Assembly (NCBI GenBank): GCA_965261005.1
Contig: OZ253375.1
Coordinates: 2,176,001 to 2,240,000 of the forward strand
Reading direction: 5' to 3'
DNA length: 64,000 bases
Source: Deinococcus sp.
Lineage (GTDB): Bacteria > Deinococcota > Deinococci > Deinococcales > Deinococcaceae
Under the pieces are notes generated by a model. It was not told the origin of the DNA. It did no database searches and saw only the letters and a program-made list of their open reading frames with translations. The position numbers were made by a program, and so were the translations under genes. How positions within the stretch are numbered: the stretch's first letter is position 1; every line of letters begins with the position of its first letter. Below are positions 9,852 through 19,501 of this stretch, piece after piece.

Positions 9852-11597
9852 TTATTCGCCGTCTTCCCTGACCGGCAACTCGGCGCGCGCGCTCAAACGG
9901 ACGAAGGCGACCACCACCTGGGGATCGAACATTTTTCCGGCCTGTTCCTGCACAAAGGCGAGCGCCTCGGGCAGGGTCCAGGGCTGTTTGTAGGGCCGCT
10001 CGCTGATCAGGGCGTCGAAGGCGTCCACCACGCTGACGATGCGGCCGGAAAGGGGAATCGCCTCGCCGCTGAGGCCCGCCGGGTAGCCGCCGCCGTCCCA
10101 GCGCTCGTGGTGGGTCAGGGCGATCTCGCCGGCCAGGCGCAGCAGCGGCGAGTGGCCGCGCGCCAGCATGCGCGCCCCCAGCGTGGTGTGGCCGCGCATC
10201 ACGGTCCACTCCGCCGCGTCGAGTTGGCCGCGCTTGAACAGGATGCCGTCCGCGATGCCGATCTTGCCGATGTCGTGCAGGCGCGCCGCCAGCCCAAGGT
10301 CGCGCGCCCGCTCCGTCTCAAGGCCGACTTCGCGGGCCAGCAGCGCCGCCGTCTCGGCGACCCAGCGGACGTGCGGCCCCAGCGGCGCGTCGCGAAACTC
10401 GGCCGCGCCCGCGAGCAAATCGAGCATCTCGACTTGGGCGGCATCCAACTGGGTGGTGCGCTCGGCCACCAAGGCGCGCAGCTCCTCGTTGCGCGCGCGC
10501 TGCTGTTCGGCCTCTGTTCGGGTGCGCCGCAGGTCGAGCCGCGCCGCCACGGCCAAGGTGCTGAGCTTTGAGGCTTCCGAGTGCCGCGCGGCGCTGAGGT
10601 CGTGCCAACGCCGGTGGTGGAGCAGGGCCGCGCGCCAATCGCCCAGATTTTCAAAGGCGCGCGACAAGTGAACGTGCAGCTCGGCCTGCATACTGGCCGG
10701 CGCGCCAACCTGCTCGCCGAGGTGCAGGGCGCGCGCGAAGAGTTCGGCGGCGGGCGCCGCCTCGCCACGCGTGAGAGCCACTTGCCCCAATACGCCCGCG
10801 CCGAGCGCCTCCAAGCGGCGGTCGCCCAATTGACCGGCGCGCGTGAGTGCGCGGCGCGCGGCGTCGGCGGCCGGCTCGGGATAGCCCAGACCCAAGTAGG
10901 CGGCGCCCAGCCAGAGCAGCGCCTCGGCGAACAGCCCGTCGTCGCCGAGCTGCTGGCCGCAGTGAGCGGCCAGCTCCAGCGACTTGCCCGCCTCCAGGTA
11001 AAGGGCGCGGTCGTGCGGCGCCTGCCGGGCGCGCCGAAGTTGAAGCGCGCCGATGTGCAGGTGGGTTTGCCCGAGGCCGCGCTGATCGCCCAACTCATGG
11101 CGCACCTGCAAGTGCGACTGGTGGTAGGCCAGCGCCCGCTCGTCGTCGCCCAACTCTTGGTAGACTGCCGCGATCTGCTCCAACACCGCGACCTCGTCGG
11201 CGCGGTTCCCGGCTTCGCGCGTGAGGCGCAAGCTCAGCTCCAGGTACTCCAGCGCCTCGCGGAAGTTGGCCATGCCGAGTTGGCTGCGCGCGGCGGCGCG
11301 CCAGATGTCGGCTTGGCGCCGCTCGCGCCCCGGCGCGCACAGCGCCACGGCCTCCAGATACGCCGCGAGGGCCTGCGCGTGGTCGCCGAGGGCGTGATGC
11401 AGCTCGCCCACCAGGGTCATGGCCTCCGACAACAGGTCGTCGTCGTGGGCTTCACGCGCCAGGTCGGCGGCCTCGTGCGCCCGCGCCAAGGCCTGTGCCG
11501 GTTGGTGCTGGGCTTCCCGCCGGCAAAGGGCCAACAGCGCCCGCACGCGCCCGCTGAGCTTGGCGCGTTTGATTTCGGCGGCGGAACGGGCGGGCAT
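9852..11597 (-). CDS. TPR-repeat HD-GYP phosphohydrolase (putative cyclic dinucleotide phosphodiesterase)
   Basis: N-terminal TPR-like repeats; LHDIGK, HHERWDGGGYP, DAFDAL and RPYK motifs. Confidence 0.92.
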   Translation of the reverse strand: MPARSAAEIKRAKLSGRVRALLALCRREAQHQPAQALARAHEAADLAREAHDDDLLSEAMTLVGELHHALGDHAQALAAYLEAVALCAPGRERRQADIWRAAARSQLGMANFREALEYLELSLRLTREAGNRADEVAVLEQIAAVYQELGDDERALAYHQSHLQVRHELGDQRGLGQTHLHIGALQLRRARQAPHDRALYLEAGKSLELAAHCGQQLGDDGLFAEALLWLGAAYLGLGYPEPAADAARRALTRAGQLGDRRLEALGAGVLGQVALTRGEAAPAAELFARALHLGEQVGAPASMQAELHVHLSRAFENLGDWRAALLHHRRWHDLSAARHSEASKLSTLAVAARLDLRRTRTEAEQQRARNEELRALVAERTTQLDAAQVEMLDLLAGAAEFRDAPLGPHVRWVAETAALLAREVGLETERARDLGLAARLHDIGKIGIADGILFKRGQLDAAEWTVMRGHTTLGARMLARGHSPLLRLAGEIALTHHERWDGGGYPAGLSGEAIPLSGRIVSVVDAFDALISERPYKQPWTLPEALAFVQEQAGKMFDPQVVVAFVRLSARAELPVREDGE

Positions 11598-11779
11598 TTA
11601 CCGTTCCATCATGACATGCTCACGTAGTCAAGTGTGGTGACGCCCAAAAGCCGGACCGGCCGAACTGGGTACAATGTGAAGCGTCCCGCCGGGAACTTCG
11701 CGAGACCCGCGTTGGGTTCCTCGCCCGCTTTTTTGATTCCCTCTTCGAGTTCAGTCGTTTCCTGTCCCTTGGAGGACTT

Positions 11780-13474
11780 ATGCACAGCACCATGATGGAC
11801 GTTCCGCTGACCTTGCCGCGCGTGCTCGAATACGTCGGGCAGAGCTTTCCAGGGGGCGAGGTGGTCAGCTTGTTGCCGGTGGGCCTGGACGAGGCCGGCA
11901 AGCCCGTGCCGGGCGTTCACCGCTCGACCTACGCCGACTTGTACGCCCGGTCGCGTCAGCTCGCCGCCGCCTTGCTGGCGGAGGGGTTGCGGGGCGGCGA
12001 CCGGGTGGCCACCCTGGCCACCAACAGCTACCGCCACTTGGAGGCCTACTTCGGCGTGCCGTGCGCGGGCCTGGTGCTGCACACCGTCAACATCCGGCTG
12101 CACCCCGAGCAGATCGTGTACATCATCAACCACGCCCAGGACAAGGTGCTCCTCATTGACAACGTGCTGGCGCGCCTGCTGCCGGACATCCTGCCGCACT
12201 GTCCCAGCTTGCAGCGGGTGGTAATCCTTGGCCGGGCGCCGCAGCCGATTCCGGGCAGCGTGGACTACGACGCCTGGATCGCCGGGCACGACGCCGAAAA
12301 CTTCGTGTATCCCGACATCGACGAGCGCGCGCCGCTGGGCATGTGCTACACCTCGGGCACGACCGGGAACCCCAAGGGCGTGGTGTACTCGCACCGCTCG
12401 ACGGTGCTGCACAGCCTGGCCATCACGCTGCCCAGCGGCCTCTCGCTTTCTCCCAGCGACAAGGTGCTGCCGGTGGTGCCAATGTTTCACGTGATGGCCT
12501 GGGGCTATCCCTGGGCGGTCCCCATGATCGGCGCGGACCTGGCCCTCGCCAGCGTGTTCAGCGACGGCCCGACCCTGGCGAAGTTCATGCAAGACGAGCG
12601 CGTCACCACCACGGCGGGCGTGCCGACCATCTGGATGGGCCTGCTTGCGGAGTTGCAACGCGCGCGGGCGGCGGGCACGCCTTACGACCTGAGCGTTCTC
12701 AAGGCCCTGGTGGTCGGCGGCAGCGCCGCGCCCGAGGCCATGATCCGCGCCTTTGATGACCTCGGCCTCACCGCACTGCACGCTTGGGGCATGACCGAGA
12801 CCAGCCCATTTGGCACCGCCTCGCACCTACCCACCCATGTGGACCCGTACAGCGACGAGGGCTACCGCGAGCGCGCCAAGCAGGGCCGCGCCCCCTTTAT
12901 GGTGGGATTGCGCCTCGTGGACGACCAGAACCGCGAGCTGCCACACGACGGCAAGACCATGGGTCGCCTGCTGATTCGCGGTCCGTGGGTCAGCGGAGGG
13001 TACTACCGCGACGAGGCTGCCAGCGAGGCCGCGCGCTTAGAGTTGGACGGTCCCTTCGGCCGGGAAACGTGGTTCGACACCGGCGACATCGCCACCCTGG
13101 ACGCGCGCGGCACCATGAGCATTCAGGACCGCGCCAAGGACTTGGTCAAGTCGGGCGGCGAGTGGATCTCCTCGGTGGACTTGGAAAACGCCCTCATGGC
13201 TCACCCGGCGGTGGCGCAGGCCGCCGTGATCGGCGTGCGTGACCCCAAGTGGGACGAGCGCCCGCTGGCGGTGGTCGTCAAAAAGGACGGCGCCGAGGTC
13301 ACGCCGGAAGAATTGCGCGCCTTTTTGGAACCCCGCTTTGCCAAGTGGTGGCTGCCCGACGGCTACGCCTTTGTGGACAGCATTCCCATCGGCTCCACCG
13401 GCAAGTTCATGAAGCGCGAATTGCGCGACCAGTTCGAGGGGTATGAGTTGCAGGAGGTAGGGAGCCGGGAGTAG
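11780..13474 (+). CDS. Fatty-acid--CoA ligase (AMP-binding)
   Basis: YTSGTTGNPKGV, AWGMTET, TGDIA, DRAKDLVKSGGEWIS. Confidence 0.95.
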   Translation: MHSTMMDVPLTLPRVLEYVGQSFPGGEVVSLLPVGLDEAGKPVPGVHRSTYADLYARSRQLAAALLAEGLRGGDRVATLATNSYRHLEAYFGVPCAGLVLHTVNIRLHPEQIVYIINHAQDKVLLIDNVLARLLPDILPHCPSLQRVVILGRAPQPIPGSVDYDAWIAGHDAENFVYPDIDERAPLGMCYTSGTTGNPKGVVYSHRSTVLHSLAITLPSGLSLSPSDKVLPVVPMFHVMAWGYPWAVPMIGADLALASVFSDGPTLAKFMQDERVTTTAGVPTIWMGLLAELQRARAAGTPYDLSVLKALVVGGSAAPEAMIRAFDDLGLTALHAWGMTETSPFGTASHLPTHVDPYSDEGYRERAKQGRAPFMVGLRLVDDQNRELPHDGKTMGRLLIRGPWVSGGYYRDEAASEAARLELDGPFGRETWFDTGDIATLDARGTMSIQDRAKDLVKSGGEWISSVDLENALMAHPAVAQAAVIGVRDPKWDERPLAVVVKKDGAEVTPEELRAFLEPRFAKWWLPDGYAFVDSIPIGSTGKFMKRELRDQFEGYELQEVGSRE

Positions 13475-13477
13475 GTC

Positions 13478-14314
13478 GTGGGCTGGCTTTGGCTGGCCCT
13501 CGACGGCGTCGGTCATCCGCAGGACGCCCCGCCGGGCAGCCCCTGGGAAACGGACCTGCCCACCCTGCGCCCCCTGGTAGACGCCGGACAGGCCGTAGAC
13601 GCCCGGCTGGGCTTCGGCGGCCTGCCACAGTCGGCGACCGGGCAGACCAGCTGGCTGACGGGACAAAACGCGGCGGCCGTGATGGGAGGGCACTACGGCC
13701 CCCGGCCCGGTCCGACCTTGCGCCCGCTGCTGGCGGAGGGCCTGCCGGTTCGCCTGGTGCGGGCGGGCGGACGGGCTGAACTGCTGAACGGATATGTGCC
13801 CGCCTACTTTGTGCGCGAGGCGCGCGGGCGCAATCCGCACGGCTGCTTTCCCCTCAGCGTTCTGCTGGCCGGGCGCACGCTGAACCCGCCGGGTTGGCCC
13901 CTCGTCGCGCCGCCGCTGGGCCTGGACTTCGCGCCCCCCTTCGCGGCGACGGGCGGCCTGGACGAGCTGCGCCGCTTGGGCGAGCGGGTGGGCGAGCGTG
14001 CCGGGGACGCCGACCTGCTGCTGCTCGACTTGTGGTTCTCGGACGTGCTGGGCCATAGGGGGGGGCCGGGCGAGCGCCCGGGGCTGCACGCGGCGGCCCG
14101 CGCCTACCTGGAGCGGTTGGACGCGCTGCTGGAGGGCATGCTGACCGTGGGCGCCGGGGTGATCCTGACCTCCGACCACGGCAACTTCGAAGACCTCTCG
14201 GTCAAGTCGCACACCTCAGCGCGGGTGCCCTTTGCGGGCGCCGGCGTGGCGCTGCCGCCGGTACAGGACATCGTGGGGGGCGGGCGGGCCATTGCCGGTC
14301 TGTTCGGCTTGTAG
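13478..14314 (+). CDS. Alkaline-phosphatase-superfamily metalloenzyme (phosphopentomutase/iPGM-like)
   Basis: [30 protein letters not shown] motifs. Confidence 0.85.
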   Translation: MGWLWLALDGVGHPQDAPPGSPWETDLPTLRPLVDAGQAVDARLGFGGLPQSATGQTSWLTGQNAAAVMGGHYGPRPGPTLRPLLAEGLPVRLVRAGGRAELLNGYVPAYFVREARGRNPHGCFPLSVLLAGRTLNPPGWPLVAPPLGLDFAPPFAATGGLDELRRLGERVGERAGDADLLLLDLWFSDVLGHRGGPGERPGLHAAARAYLERLDALLEGMLTVGAGVILTSDHGNFEDLSVKSHTSARVPFAGAGVALPPVQDIVGGGRAIAGLFGL

Positions 14315-14323
14315 CATGCGGCC

Positions 14324-14722
14324 ATGACGCAGCTCACCAAGTACTTGGCCCTGGACGTGAGCAAGAACCGCGTCGGCTTCGCGGTGAACTTGGGCAAACT
14401 GGTCTTCGGGCGCGGCTCCTATGAGCGCCGCAAGCATGCCAGGGACATCGTCGCCGTGCTGGCCAAGCTGAAGGAGGAGAACGCTCAAGCCCTGGTGCTG
14501 GGCCTGCCGCTCCGCACCGACGGCCAGCCGTCCATCAGCGCCCAGCGGGTGCGCTCGTTTGGCTTCGACCTCGTGCGGGCCGGCGCGCAGGTCTACTACC
14601 AGGACGAGCGCTTCAGCACGAGGCGCGCCCGCGAACTGGGCGCCAGCGACCTCGACGAGGCGGCGGCCGTGGAGATTTTGACGCTGTTTTTACAACACGC
14701 GGGCGAGAACGTGGACGGGTAG
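14324..14722 (+). CDS. ruvX: RuvX/YqgF family nuclease
   Basis: YLALDVSKNRVGFA, LVLGLP, DERFST, DEAAAVEIL. Confidence 0.9.
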   Translation: MTQLTKYLALDVSKNRVGFAVNLGKLVFGRGSYERRKHARDIVAVLAKLKEENAQALVLGLPLRTDGQPSISAQRVRSFGFDLVRAGAQVYYQDERFSTRRARELGASDLDEAAAVEILTLFLQHAGENVDG

Positions 14723-14762
14723 GGGAGGCGGGCAAGGGAAAGGGAGGGTTTGAAACCCTCCC

Positions 14763-14766
<4 letters not shown>
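14719..14766. repeat. GTAG-type REP-like palindrome (interrupted copy)
   Basis: GTAGGGGAGG...GGGAGGGTTTGAAACCCTCCCCTAC; near-identical to 61253-61281. Confidence 0.75.
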
Positions 14767-15335
<569 letters not shown>

Positions 15336-15344
15336 GGCCTTAAC

Positions 15345-16160
15345 CTACTGGTTCTTGGTGACGATGTACACGTCCAGCATCTTGTCCGGCTGGGCCGTGG
15401 CGTAGTCCGCCGACTGCGGGTCCACCTTCTTGATCTTGTCCAGCACGCCCAGGCCCTCGACCACCTTGCCGAAGACGGTGTATTGCCCGTCGAGGTTCGG
15501 CGCGGCGGCAAGGGTGATGTAGAACTGGCTGCCGCCCGAGTTGGGGTCCGCCGCGCGGGCCATGCCCAGCACGCCCTTGGCGTCGAAGTTGTACTTCTGG
15601 CGCACTTCCAGCGGAATCGAGTAGCCGGGGCCGCCGGCGCCCCAGGCCGCGCGGTCACCTTTCAAGGTGTTGGGATCGCCGCCCTGCACCACGAAGCCGT
15701 CCAGCACCCGGTGAAACAGCTGGCCGTCGTAGAACTTGTGGCGCGCCAGCCAGATAAAGGAGTTGGTGGTGGTCGGCACGTCCTCGTAGAGGTCCATGAC
15801 CATCTGTCCCTCGCTCGTGTCAATCACGGCGGCGTAATCTTGGCCGTCCTCCAACTGATTGGCCGGCGCCTTCGCGAAGGTCAGCGTCGGCTTGGCGCTC
15901 AAGTCGGGCAGACGGGTGTAGCCCGCCGGCACCGGGCCGGGTTTGGCCGCCGTCGCCGGCGTGGTGGCCGGCGCGGCGGCTGGGGTGTCGGTCGCGGCCT
16001 GGTTGATGGCCGCCTCCGCCGCGTTTTGGCCACTGGCGCTTTCGGCCGTGGTGGTGGTGGTGTCGGTGGCGGTCGTGTTCTTCTTACAGCCCAGCAGCAG
16101 GGCGGGCAAGAGCAGGGCCAGCGCGGCGAGGCGCGCGTAACCAGAAAAGTCAGTTCTCAC
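15345..16160 (-). CDS. Cyclophilin-type peptidyl-prolyl isomerase, lipoprotein
   Basis: LLGC lipobox, Thr/Ala linker, FHRVLDGFVVQGGDP, GSQFYITL, YTVFGKV; start codon inferred. Confidence 0.9.
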   Translation of the reverse strand: MRTDFSGYARLAALALLLPALLLGCKKNTTATDTTTTTAESASGQNAAEAAINQAATDTPAAAPATTPATAAKPGPVPAGYTRLPDLSAKPTLTFAKAPANQLEDGQDYAAVIDTSEGQMVMDLYEDVPTTTNSFIWLARHKFYDGQLFHRVLDGFVVQGGDPNTLKGDRAAWGAGGPGYSIPLEVRQKYNFDAKGVLGMARAADPNSGGSQFYITLAAAPNLDGQYTVFGKVVEGLGVLDKIKKVDPQSADYATAQPDKMLDVYIVTKNQ

Positions 16161-16257
16161 ACCCGGCAGTCTAGCCCGCCTCCTCATGAAAAAAGCCAAG
16201 CCGCCAGATCGCGCCGCCCGGTTCGCAACGGCCCCGGCACAAGCTAGAATCTGAACC

Positions 16258-16881
16258 GTGATCGTGACGATAGACGGCGTGGCCGCCTCCGGCAAGTCCA
16301 GCGTGGCCGCCCGCGTCGCCCGCGAACTGGGCTATCCCTTTGTCAGCAGCGGCCTGTTGTACCGCGCGGCGGCGCGTCTCGCGCTGCGTGAGAACCTGGG
16401 CCTCGGCGACGAGGCGGCGCTGCTCGACTTGCTGCGCCGCGCCGCGCCCGAACTGCGCCCCTCGGCCGGCGGCAACCAGGTGTGGTGCTCGGGGCGTGAC
16501 CTGACGCCCGAGCTGCACACCGCCGAGGTGGACGCCGCCGTGTCGCGCGTGGCCCACTTTCCCGCGCTGCGCGCTTGGGTGAACGCGCAGCTGCGCGGCC
16601 TGCCCGAGCCGTTGGTGGCCGAGGGCCGCGACATGGGCACGGCGGTCTTTCCGCAGGCCGGGGCCAAGTTCTACCTGACCGCCTCGCCACGGGTGCGCGC
16701 GAGGCGGCGCCTCGGCGAGCGCGCCGGGGCCGACGTGAACGCGGTCGAGCTGGCCCTGCGCGAGCGCGACACCCGCGATCAGGCCCAATCGCGTCCCGCC
16801 CCCGACGCCCAAGTGCTTGACACCAGCGAGCTGAGCTTAGAAAGCGTGGTCGAGCGGATTCTGCGGACGGTGCGGGCGTGA
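16258..16881 (+). CDS. cmk: Cytidylate kinase
   Basis: [37 protein letters not shown]. Confidence 0.95.
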   Translation: MIVTIDGVAASGKSSVAARVARELGYPFVSSGLLYRAAARLALRENLGLGDEAALLDLLRRAAPELRPSAGGNQVWCSGRDLTPELHTAEVDAAVSRVAHFPALRAWVNAQLRGLPEPLVAEGRDMGTAVFPQAGAKFYLTASPRVRARRRLGERAGADVNAVELALRERDTRDQAQSRPAPDAQVLDTSELSLESVVERILRTVRA

Positions 16882-17465
16882 GTGGGGCGGTAAGCGCCGT
16901 TCAGGCGCGGCCCGTTCAAGGCTGGGCTTATAACCTGGTCTACTTCGCCACCGGCTTGCCGATGTACCTGGGCGGTGGCCTGACGGTGTACGGTCAGGAC
17001 TACGTGCCGCGTGCGGGGCGCGCCATCATCGCCGGCAACCACGTCACCGGCCTCGACCCCTTCGTGATCGCGCACGCCCTGCCGGGGCGCCGCATCCAGT
17101 ACATGGCCAAAAAGGAGCTGTTTGACAACAAGCTGCTGGCCCTCTTGATCGGCGCGGGCGGCAGCTTTCCGGTCGACCGAACGGGCAACGATGTAGGCGC
17201 CATTCGCACCTCACTGCGCATCTTGCAGTCGGAGCGCTTGTTGGGCATTTTTCCGCAGGGAACCCGCGGCGGCCGGCAGCTGCAAAGCGGCGTGGCGCTG
17301 CTGGCCCTCAAGGCAAAGGCGCCGGTGGTGCCCGCCTACGTGTGGTACGCGCGCTGGCGCTGGCATGTGCGCTTCGGGCCGCCGCTCGCGCCTGAGGGGA
17401 GCGTCAAGGAGCTGACCGAGCGGGTCGGGGAGCAGATTGAAAGATTAAGCTTGTCTTCACCTTAA
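16878..17465 (+). CDS. plsC: 1-acyl-sn-glycerol-3-phosphate acyltransferase
   Basis: NHVTGLD, MAKKELF, IFPQGTR. Confidence 0.88.
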   Translation: MSGAVSAVQARPVQGWAYNLVYFATGLPMYLGGGLTVYGQDYVPRAGRAIIAGNHVTGLDPFVIAHALPGRRIQYMAKKELFDNKLLALLIGAGGSFPVDRTGNDVGAIRTSLRILQSERLLGIFPQGTRGGRQLQSGVALLALKAKAPVVPAYVWYARWRWHVRFGPPLAPEGSVKELTERVGEQIERLSLSSP

Positions 17466-17572
17466 AAATCTTAGCCGGGCCTGAGTCATGCGTTAAAATT
17501 TCTCCGTCACGAGCGGCATCTTCGCCCGACCCCGCAGGGGCGTGTGAGAGTTCAACGGTTGCTTGTCATGGG

Positions 17573-19501
17573 GTGAAGATGAATACAAGACTGATCGGAC
17601 TGGCCCTCTCCGGCGCCTTGCTGCTTGCGGCCTGCGGCGGCACCACGCCGCCGCCCAAGGACACGACGGCGCCCACCCTCACCTTGACGAACGCCCAGCA
17701 GGTCGCGCCGGGCGTCACCAGCGTCACTGTCACCGGCAAAGTCAGCGACGACCAGCCGGTGAGCGAGCTGGTGGCGGTCTATAGCGTGGACGGGGGAGTG
17801 CCCCAGCCCGTCACTATCCAGGCCGACGGCGGCTTTAGCTTCAGCGTGCCGCTGCCCGCCGGCAAGAGCGGCACGCTGATCGTCGTGGCCGTTACCGACC
17901 GGGCGGGCAACGCCACGACCGCCAACGAGACGATCACGCGCGCTCAAGTGCAGCCGGAACCGACCGTGACCTTCTCGGGCAGCGTCGTGGTTCAGCGCGC
18001 GGGCGAGGCGGTGGCTGGGGCGACCGTCAGGGTGGAGGGCAAGAACGCTCAGACCACCACTGACGCGGTGGGACGCTTCGCCTTCAAGGTGCCTGTCAGC
18101 GCCAAGGTCTTGCTGATCGAAAAGGCTGGCTACGGCACCGTGCGCGTCGAGAACATCGACACCTCGAACCCCCAGCCCCTTGAAGAGATCATGCCGCGCC
18201 TGTTCGACTTGAGCTTGCCCAGCGTGGCACCCACGGTCAAGCTGGAAGTGCAGACCAACCCGCAGGAGCCGGACCCAACCAAGGCAAAGTTCGCCGACTT
18301 TGGCGACGGCGCGACCATTGGCGACCAGAACCTGATTCTGAGGGCCACCGTCACCACCGCCTCCCCGGCGGTCAACCCACCCGACAGCGGTATCGCCTCG
18401 GTCGGTTCGAGCGCCGGCAACTCCGGCTACCTTAACGCTGGCCGGGTGCGCTCGGTGACGTCGGTGGCGGACGGCACGGGCCTGTTCGCGTTTGCCAAGA
18501 GCAGCTTTGCCGCCTTCAGCGGCACCGTCGAAGTTCACGTCAACATCTTCGACTTCAACGGCAACCACACCGACGTGATCCGCCGCGTCAAAGTGGGAAG
18601 CGCGGCGAGCGCGGCGGCGGTCGCGGCCCCCACCAAGGTCGCCCCGACGGCCATCACCTTCGCCGACACGGCGACCTTTGGCGCCCTGAGCAAAAATCCG
18701 GGCGCGGCCGGTTTGCTGAGGCAGTACCTGTCCACCCAGGACGCCAAGGCGTTGAACGCGCTACGGCCCGGCGCGGGGCAGGTCACGGCGCAGGGCGAGG
18801 GTGTGCGCCCGGACGCCGCCTCCCAAGGCACCGTGCTGTGGGTGGACGTGGGCTTCACCTATGATCCGGGGGCGACCGCCCCGCGCGCCTTTGAGTTGTA
18901 CCGCTCGCTGGACGGCCAGACCTACAACAAGGTGCTGACCGCCGCGCCCGCCCGCGTCAAGGTGCCCGTGCCGACGGGCCAGCCGGACCAGGGCCTCTAC
19001 ACCATTCGCGACACGTCCTCGCTGCTCACGCCGGGCGTCAAGACCTACTACAAGGTGCGCGCCGTCGGCGACGGAAACACCCAGGACTCGGGCGTGCAGA
19101 ACGTGACGCCGCTGGGCCGCTACCGCGTCGAGCTGGTTGCCCCCGGTCAGGCCGCGACCGGCGTGGACCGGATTCCGGTGTTTCGCTGGAGGACCTTCGG
19201 CGCCTCCAGCCAGGAGTTGCTGAAGGTGGTGGTCTTCGACCGGACCGAGGCCGAGGGCAAGACGACCCAGTACATCAGCGACCCCGTGCAGGGCAATGCG
19301 CTGATCTACAACGCGGACGGCCTCGCCCGCACGCCCCACTTGCAGGCGTATCACGCCTACGACTGGCAGCTGGCCGCCGTCACGGCCAACGCCGACGGCA
19401 CCGCGTTCTCGATTGCCGCAGACTTTTTCAACCTCTTTCAAATCACCGCGTTTCCCGTCGAGGGCGGCCCGGTCAACGAGTTCGTCACCGGAGGGCTGTG
19501 A
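17573..19501 (+). CDS. Large lipoprotein with Ig-like / carboxypeptidase-regulatory-like / FN3-like beta domains
   Basis: LAAC lipobox; DTTAP...VTDRAGN Ig-like repeat, VAGATVRV...TTTDAVGRF, YYKVRAV; stop overlaps the next start (TGATG). Confidence 0.8.
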   Translation: MKMNTRLIGLALSGALLLAACGGTTPPPKDTTAPTLTLTNAQQVAPGVTSVTVTGKVSDDQPVSELVAVYSVDGGVPQPVTIQADGGFSFSVPLPAGKSGTLIVVAVTDRAGNATTANETITRAQVQPEPTVTFSGSVVVQRAGEAVAGATVRVEGKNAQTTTDAVGRFAFKVPVSAKVLLIEKAGYGTVRVENIDTSNPQPLEEIMPRLFDLSLPSVAPTVKLEVQTNPQEPDPTKAKFADFGDGATIGDQNLILRATVTTASPAVNPPDSGIASVGSSAGNSGYLNAGRVRSVTSVADGTGLFAFAKSSFAAFSGTVEVHVNIFDFNGNHTDVIRRVKVGSAASAAAVAAPTKVAPTAITFADTATFGALSKNPGAAGLLRQYLSTQDAKALNALRPGAGQVTAQGEGVRPDAASQGTVLWVDVGFTYDPGATAPRAFELYRSLDGQTYNKVLTAAPARVKVPVPTGQPDQGLYTIRDTSSLLTPGVKTYYKVRAVGDGNTQDSGVQNVTPLGRYRVELVAPGQAATGVDRIPVFRWRTFGASSQELLKVVVFDRTEAEGKTTQYISDPVQGNALIYNADGLARTPHLQAYHAYDWQLAAVTANADGTAFSIAADFFNLFQITAFPVEGGPVNEFVTGGL